A stretch of 64,000 nt of DNA. Source: the human T2T-CHM13v2.0 reference genome, Homo sapiens. Both the position numbers and the translations under genes were made by a program. The notes beneath the pieces are model-generated. The model ran no database searches, had not been told where the DNA came from, and worked only from the letters and a program-made list of their open reading frames with translations. The stretch lies in assembly GCF_009914755.1 (NCBI RefSeq), contig NC_060925.1; one strand, 5' to 3'. Shown piece by piece: positions 56,401-64,000 of the stretch (positions are counted from its first letter, which is position 1; the number at the start of each line of letters is the position of its first letter).

Positions 56401-59400
56401 AGGTTCAACTCTGGACTTTGAATGCAAACGTCACAAAGAAGTTTCTGCGAAAGCTTCTGTTCAGTTAGGTGACGTTATCCCGTTTCCAACGAAATCCTCA
56501 GGGAGTTCCAAATATCCACTTGCAGATTCTACAAAAAGTGTGTTTCAAAACTGCTCCATCCAAAGGAATGTTCAGCTCTGTGAGTTCAACTAAATCATCA
56601 CAAAGTATTTTCTGAGAATGCTTCTGTCCAGTTTTTACACGAAGCTATATCCTTTACTACCTTAGGCCTCAAAGCGTTCCAAATCTCCACTTGCAGATAC
56701 TACGAAAAGAGTGTTTCACCCTGAACTCACAAGGGAAGTTTCAACTCTGGGAGTTGAATGCCAACATCACGAAGAAGTTTCTGAGAATGCTTCTGTTTAG
56801 TTATGTGAGGTTTATCCCGTTTCCAATGAAATCCTCAGAGAAGTCCAAATACCCACTTGCAGATTCCACAAAAAGTGTGTTTCCAAACTGCTCCATCCAA
56901 AGCAATGTTCAGCTCTGTGGGTTGAACTCAATCGTCACAAAGTGTTTCCTGAGAATGCTACGGTCTAGTTTTTATGGGCAGTGATTTCCTCTACTGCCAT
57001 AGGCCTCAAAGCGGTCCAAATCTCCCCTTGCAGATTCTACCAACAGTGTGTTTCCAAACGGCTCTATCAAAGGGAATGTTCAACTCTGTGAGTTGAAAGC
57101 AACCATCACAAAGTAGTTTCTGAGAATGCTTCCATCTACCTTTTATGAGTAGATATTTCCTTTTCCACCACAGGCCTCGAAGCCCTCCAAATGTCCACTT
57201 ACAGATTCTAGAAAGAGAGGGTTTCAAAGCTGCTCTATCGAAAGGAAAGTATAACTCTGTGAGTTGAATGCAAACATCACAAAGAAGTCTCTGAGCATGC
57301 TTCCGTTTAGCTTTTATGGGAAGATTATCCCTTTTCCATCGAAATCTTCAAAGAGGTCCAAATATCCGCTTGCAGATCCCACTGAAAGAGTGTTTCCAAA
57401 CTGCTGTATCAAAAGGAACCTTCAACTCCGTGAGTTGAATGCAATCATCACAAAGAAGTTTCTGACAATGCTTCTCTCTAGTTTTTAGCTGAAGATATTT
57501 CCTTTTCCACCACAGGCCTGAAAGCGTTCCAAATGTCCACACGGAGACTCTACGAAAAGAATGTTTCAAAAGTGCTCTATGAAAAGCAAGGTTAAACTCT
57601 GGGAGTTGAACACATGCCTCACAAAGAAGTTTCTGAGAAGGCATCTCTTTACTCTTTATGTGAAGATGTTCCCGTTTGCAAAGAAATCTTCACAGAGTTC
57701 CACCTATCCATGTGCAGGTTCTAGAAAAAAGAGAGTTTCGAAACTGCTCTATCCAAAGGAATGTTCAACTCTGTGAGTTGAAAGCAATCATCACAGAGAA
57801 GTTTCTGAGAAGGCTTCTGTCTGGATTTTATGTGAAGATATACCCGTTTCGAACGAGGGCCACAAAGTGCTCCAAATATCCACTTGCAGATCCTACAAAA
57901 AGAGTGTTTCAAACGTGAACTATCAAAGGAAGGTTCAACTCTGGACTTTGAATGCAAACGTCACAAAGAAGTTTCTGCGAAAGCTTCTGTTCAGTTAGGT
58001 GACGTTATCCCGTTTCCAACGAAATCCTCAGGGAGTTCCAAATATCCACTTGCAGATTCTACAAAAAGTGTGTTTCAAAACTGCTCCATCCAAAGGAATG
58101 TTCAGCTCTGTGAGTTCAACTAAATCATCACAAAGTATTTTCTGAGAATGCTTCTGTCCAGTTTTTACACGAAGCTATATCCTTTACTACCTTAGGCCTC
58201 AAAGCGTTCCAAATCTCCACTTGCAGATACTACGAAAAGAGTGTTTCACCCTGAACTCACAAGGGAAGTTTCAACTCTGGGAGTTGAATGCCAACATCAC
58301 GAAGAAGTTTCTGAGAATGCTTCTGTTTAGTTATGTGAGGTTTATCCCGTTTCCAACGAAATCCTCAGAGAAGTCCAAATACCCACTTGCAGATTCCACA
58401 AAAAGTGTGTTTCCAAACTGCTCCATCCAAAGCAATGTTCAGCTCTGTGGGTTGAACTCAATCGTCACAAAGTGTTTCCTGAGAATGCTAAGGTCTAGTT
58501 TTTATGGGCAGTGATTTCCTCTACTGCCATAGGCCTCAAAGCGGTCCAAATCTCCCCTTGCAGATTCTACCAACAGTGTGTTTCCAAACGGCTCTATCAA
58601 AGGGAATGTTCAACTCTGTGAGTTGAAAGCAACCATCACAAAGTAGTTTCTGAGAATGCTTCCATCTACCTTTTATGAGTAGATATTTCCTTTTCCACCA
58701 CAGGCCTCGAAGCCCTCCAAATGTCCACTTACAGATTCTAGAAAGAGAGGGTTTCAAAGCTGCTCTATCGAAAGGAAAGTATAACTCTGTGAGTTGAATG
58801 CAAACATCACAAAGAAGTCTCTGAGCATGCTTCCGTTTAGCTTTTATGGGAAGATTATCCCTTTTCCATCGAAATCTTCAAAGAGGTCCAAATATCCGCT
58901 TGCAGATCCCACTGAAAGAGTGTTTCCAAACTGCTGTATCAAAAGGAACCTTCAACTCCGTGAGTTGAATGCAATCATCACAAAGAAGTTTCTGACAATG
59001 CTTCTCTCTAGTTTTTAGCTGAAGATATTTCCTTTTCCACCACAGGCCTGAAAGCGCTCCAAATGTCCACTTGGAGACTCTACGAAAAGAATGTTTCAAA
59101 AGTGCTCTATGAAAAGCAAGGTTAAACTCTGGGTGTTGAACACATGCCTCACAAAGAAGTTTCTGAGAAGGTATCTCTTTCCTCTTTATGTGAAGATATT
59201 CCCGTTTGCAAAGAAATCTTCACAGAGTTCCACCTATCCATGTGCAGGTTCTAGAAAAAAGAGAGTTTCGAAACTGCTCTATCCAAAGGAATGTTCAACT
59301 CTGTGAGTTGAATGCAATCATCACAGAGAAGTTTCTGAGAAGGCTTCTGTCTGGATTTTATGTGATGATATACCCGTTTCGAACGAGGGCCACAAAGTGC

Positions 59401-59700
59401 TCCAAATATCCACTTGCAGATCCTACAAAAAGAGTGTTTCAAACGTCAACTATCAAAGGAAGGTTCAACTCTGGACTTTGAATGCAAACGTCACAAAGAA
59501 GTTTCTGCGAAAGCTTCTGTTCAGTTAGGTGACGTTATCCCGTTTCCAACGAAATCCTCAGGGAGTTCCAAATATCCACTTGCAGATTCTACAAAAAGTG
59601 TGTTTCAAAACTGCTCCATCCAAAGGAATGTTCAGCTCTGTGAGTTCAACTAAATCATCACAAAGTATTTTCTGAGAATGCTTCTGTCCAGTTTTTACAC
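50500..59700. repeat. Highly homogenised block of 6 HORs with pattern X-Y-X-X-X-Y
   Basis: X carries CCAATGAAA, AAAGCGTTCCAAATGTCCACACGGAG, GAAGATGTT and GTTGAAAGCAATC. Y carries CTAAGGTCTAG, GGGTGTTG and AAACGTCAAC. Confidence 0.82.
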
Positions 59701-62700
59701 GAAGCTATATCCTTTACTACCTTAGGCCTCAAAGAGTTCCAAATCTTCACTTGCAGATACTACGAAAATAGAGTTTCACCCTGAACTCACAAGGGAAGTT
59801 TCAACTCTGGGAGTTGAATGCCAACATCACGAAGAAGTTTCTGAGAATGCTTCTGTTTAGTTATGTGAGGTTTATCCCGTTTCCAACGAAATCCTCAGAG
59901 AAGTCCAAATACCCACTTGCAGATTCCACAAAAAGTGTGTTTCCAAACTGCTCCATCCAAAGCAATGTTCAGCTCTGTGGGTTGAACTCAATCGTCACAA
60001 AATGTTTCCTGAGAATGCTACGGTCTAGTTTTTATGGGCAGTGATTTCCTCTACTGCCATAGGCCTCAAAGCGGTCCAAATCTCCCCTTGCAGATTCTAC
60101 CAACAATGTGTTTCCAAACGGCTCTATCAAAGGGAATGTTCAACTCTGTGAGTTGAAAGCAACCATCACAAAGTAGTTTCTGAGAATGCTTCCATCTACC
60201 TTTTATGAGTAGATATTTCCTGTTCCACCACAGGCCTCGAAGCCCTCCAAATGTCCACTTACAGATTCTAGAAAGAGAGGGTTTCAAAGCTGCTCTATCG
60301 AAAGGAAAGTATAACTCTGTGAGTTGAATGCAAACATCACAAAGAAGTCTCTGAGCATGCTTCCGTTTAGCTTTTATGGGAAGATTATCCCTTTTCCATC
60401 GAAATCTTCAAAGAGGTCCAAATATCCGCTTGCAGATCCCACTGAAAGAGTGTTTCCAAACTGCTGTATCAAAAGGAACCTTCAACTCCGTGAGTTGAAT
60501 GCAATCATCACAAAGAAGTTTCTGACAATGCTTCTCTCTAGTTTTTAGCTGAAGATATTTCCTTTTCCACCACAGGCCTGAAAGCGCTCCACATGTCCAC
60601 TTGGAGACTCTACGAAAAGAATGTTTCAAAAGTGCTCTATGAAAAGCAATGTTAAACTCTGGGAGTTGAACACATGCCTCACAAAGAAGTTTCTGAGAAG
60701 GCATCTCTTTACTCTTTATGTGAAGATATTCCCGTTTGCAAAGAAATCTTCACAGAGTTCCACCTATCCATGTGCAGGTTCTAGAAAAAAGAGAGTTTCG
60801 AAACTGCTCTATCCAAAGGAATGTTCAACTCTGTGAGTTGAATGCAATCATCACAGAGAAGTTTCTGAGAAGGCTTCTGTCTGGATTTTATGTGAAGATA
60901 TACCCGTTTCGAACGAGGGCCACAAAGTGCTCCAAATATCCACTTGCAGATCCTACAAAAAGAGTGTTTCAAACGTGAAGTATCAAAGGAAGTTTCAACT
61001 CTGGACTTTGAATGCAAACGTCACAAAGAAGTTTCTGCGAAAGCTTCTGTTCAGTTAGGTGACGTTATCCCGTTTCCAACGAAATCCTCAGGGAGTTCCA
61101 AATATCCACTTGCAGATTCTACAAAAAGTGTGTTTCAAAACTGCTCCATCCAAAGGAATGTGCAGCTCTGTGAGTTCAACTAAATCATCACAAAGTATTT
61201 TCTGAGAATGCTTCTGTCCAGTTTTTACACGAAGCTATATCCTTTACTACCTTAGGCCTCAAAGCGTTCCAAATCTCCACTTGCAGATACTACGAAAAGA
61301 GTGTTTCACCCTGAACTCACAAGGGAAGTTTCAAATCTGGGAGTTGAATGCCAACATCACGAAGAAGTTTCTGAGAATGCTTCTGTTTAGTTATGTGAGG
61401 TTTATCCCGTTTCCAATGAAATCCTCAGAGAAGTCCAAATATCCACTTGCAGATTCCACAAAAAGTGTGTTTCCAAACTGCTCCATCCAAAGCAATGTTC
61501 AGCTCTGTGGGTTGAACTCAATCGTCACAAAGTGTTTCCTGAGAATGCTACGGTCTAGTTTTTATGGGCAGTGATTTCATCTACTGCCATAGGCCTCAAA
61601 GCGGTCCAAATCTCCCCTTGCAGATTCTACCAAAAGTGTGTTTCCAAACGGCTCTATCAAACGGAATGTTCAACTCTGTGAGTTGAAAGCAACCATCACA
61701 AAGTAGTTTCTGAGAATGCTTCCATCTACCTTTTATGAGTAGATATTTCCTTTTCCACCACAGGCCTCGAAGCCCTCCAAATGTCCACTTACAGATTCTA
61801 GAAAGAGAGGGTTTAAAGCTGCTCTATGGAAATGAAAGTATAACTCTGTGAGTTGAATGCCAACATCACAAAGAAGTCTCTGAGCATGCTTCCGTTTAGC
61901 TTTTATGGGAAGATTATCCCTTTTCCATCGAAATCTTCAAAGAGGTCCAAATATCCGCTTGCAGATCCCACTGAAAGAGTGTTTCCAAAGTGCTGTATCA
62001 AAAGGAACCTTCAACTCCGTGAGTTGAATGCAATCATCACAAAGAAGTTTCTGACAATGCTTCTCTCTAGTTTTTAGCTGAAGATATTTCCTTTTCCACC
62101 ACAGGCCTGAAAGCGCTCCAAATGTCCACACGGAGATTCTACGAAAAGAATGTTTCAAAAGTGCTCTATGAAAAGCAAGGTTAAACTCTGGGAGTTGAAC
62201 ACATGCCTCACAAAGAAGTTTCTGAGAAGGCATCTCTTTACTCTTTATGTGAAGATATTCCCGTTTGCAAAGAAATCTTCACAGAGTTCCACCTATCCAT
62301 GTGCAGGTTCTAGAAAAAAGAGAGTTTCGAAACTGCTCTATCCAAAGGAATGTTCAACTCTGTGAGTTGAATGCAATCATCACAGAGAAGTTTCTGAGAA
62401 GGCTTCTGTCTGGATTTTATGTGAAGATATAACCGTTTCGAACGAGGACCACAAAGTGCTCCAAATATCCACTTGCAGATCCTACAAAAAGAGTGTTTCA
62501 AACGTGAACTATCAAAGGAAAGTTCAACTCTGGACTTTGAATGCAAACGTCACAAAGAAGATTTGCGAAAGCTTCTGTTCATTTAGGTGAAGTTATCCCG
62601 TTTCCAACGAAATCCTCAGGGAGTTTCAAATATCCACTTGCAGATTTTACAAAAAGTGTGTTTCAAAACTGCTCCATCCAAAGGAATGTTCAGCTCTGTG

Positions 62701-64000
62701 AGTTCAACTAAATCATCACAAAGTATTTTCTGAGAATGCTTCTGTCCAGTTTTTACACGAAGCTATATCCTTTACTAGCTTAGGCCTCAAAGCGTTCCAA
62801 ATCTCCACTTGCAGATACTACGAAAAGAGTGTTTCACCCTGAACTCACAAGAGAAGTTTCAACTCTGTGAGTTGAATGCCAACATCACGAAGAAGTTTCT
62901 GAGAATGCTTCTGTTTAGTTATGTGAGGTTTATCCCGTTTCCAACGAAATCCTCAGAGAAGTCCAAATACCCACTTGCAGATTCCACAAAAAGTGTGTTT
63001 CCAAACTGCTCCATCCAAAGCAATGTTCAGCTCTGTGGGTTGAACTCAATCGTCACAAAGTGTTTCCTGAGAATGCTACTGTCTACTTTTTATGGGCAGT
63101 GATTTCCTCTACTGCTATAGGCCTCAAAGCGGTCCAAATCTCCGCTTGCAGATTCTACCAAGAATGTGTTTCCAAACGGCTCTATCAAAGGGAATGTTCA
63201 ACTCTGTGACTTGAAAGCAACCATCACAAAGTAGTTTCTGTGAATGCTTCCATCTACCTTTTAAGAGTAGATATTTCCTTTTCCACCACAGGCCTCGAAG
63301 CCCTCCAAATGTCCACTTACAGATTCTAGAAAGAGAGGGTTTCAAAGCTGCTCTATCGAAAGGAAAGTATAACTCTGTGAGTTGAATGCCATAATCACAA
63401 AGAAGTCTCTGAGCATGCTTCCGTTTAGCTTTTATGGGAAGATTATCCCTTTTCCATCAAAATCTTCAAAGAGGTCCAAATATCCGCTTGCAGATCCCAC
63501 TGAAAGAGTGTTTCCAAACTGCTGTATCAAAAGGAACCTTCAACTCCGTGAGTTGAATGCAATCATCACAAAGAAGTTTCTGACAATGCTTCTCTCTAGT
63601 TTTTAGCTGAAGATATTTCCTTTTCCACCACAGGCCTGAAAGCGCTCCAAATGTCCACTTGGAGACTCTACGAAAAGAATGTTTCAAAAGTGCTCTATGA
63701 AAAGCAAGGTTAAACTCTGGGAGTTGAACACATGCCTCACAAAGAAGTTTCTGAGAAGGCATCTCTTTACTCTTTATGTGAAGATATTCCCTTTTGCAAA
63801 GAAATCTTCACAGAGTTCCACCTATCCATGTGCAGGTTCTAGAAAAAAGAGAGTTTCGAAACTGCTCTATCCAAAGGAATGTTCAACTCTGTGAGTTGAA
63901 TGCAATCATCACAGAGAAGTTTCTGAGAAGGCTTCTGTCTGGATTTTATGTGAAGATATACCCGTTTCGAACGAGGGCCACAAAGTGCTCCAAATATCCA

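Larger units (their letters stand above)
43812..64000 (-). repeat. Alpha-satellite 9-mer HOR array, right of L1, ~13.2 HOR copies
   Basis: Same 1530-bp period (e.g. 44452, 45982, 47512, 49042). It resumes at the duplicated target site, in register with the left array. Confidence 0.98.

Overview
Human centromeric/pericentromeric alpha-satellite. About 38 tandem copies of a ~1530-bp, 9-monomer higher-order repeat (HOR) are present, with SF3 (W1-W5 pentamer)-type monomers and the conventional ALR strand on minus. The array falls into three in-register sequence layers (1-~7500, ~7500-~29120, ~29120-64000) and contains several nested recent tandem duplications. It is interrupted once by a full-length L1HS Ta-1d retrotransposon (37705-43811, + strand). 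The L1 has intact ORF0, ORF1 and ORF2, a 14-bp target-site duplication and an interrupted poly(A) tail that looks like a short 3' transduction. All other ORFs in the track are by-products of the satellite or L1 sequence. I see no novel protein-coding system. The strongest leads are the potentially active centromeric L1 with a traceable tail tag, and the layer-specific loss of CENP-B boxes. All comparisons were made by eye.
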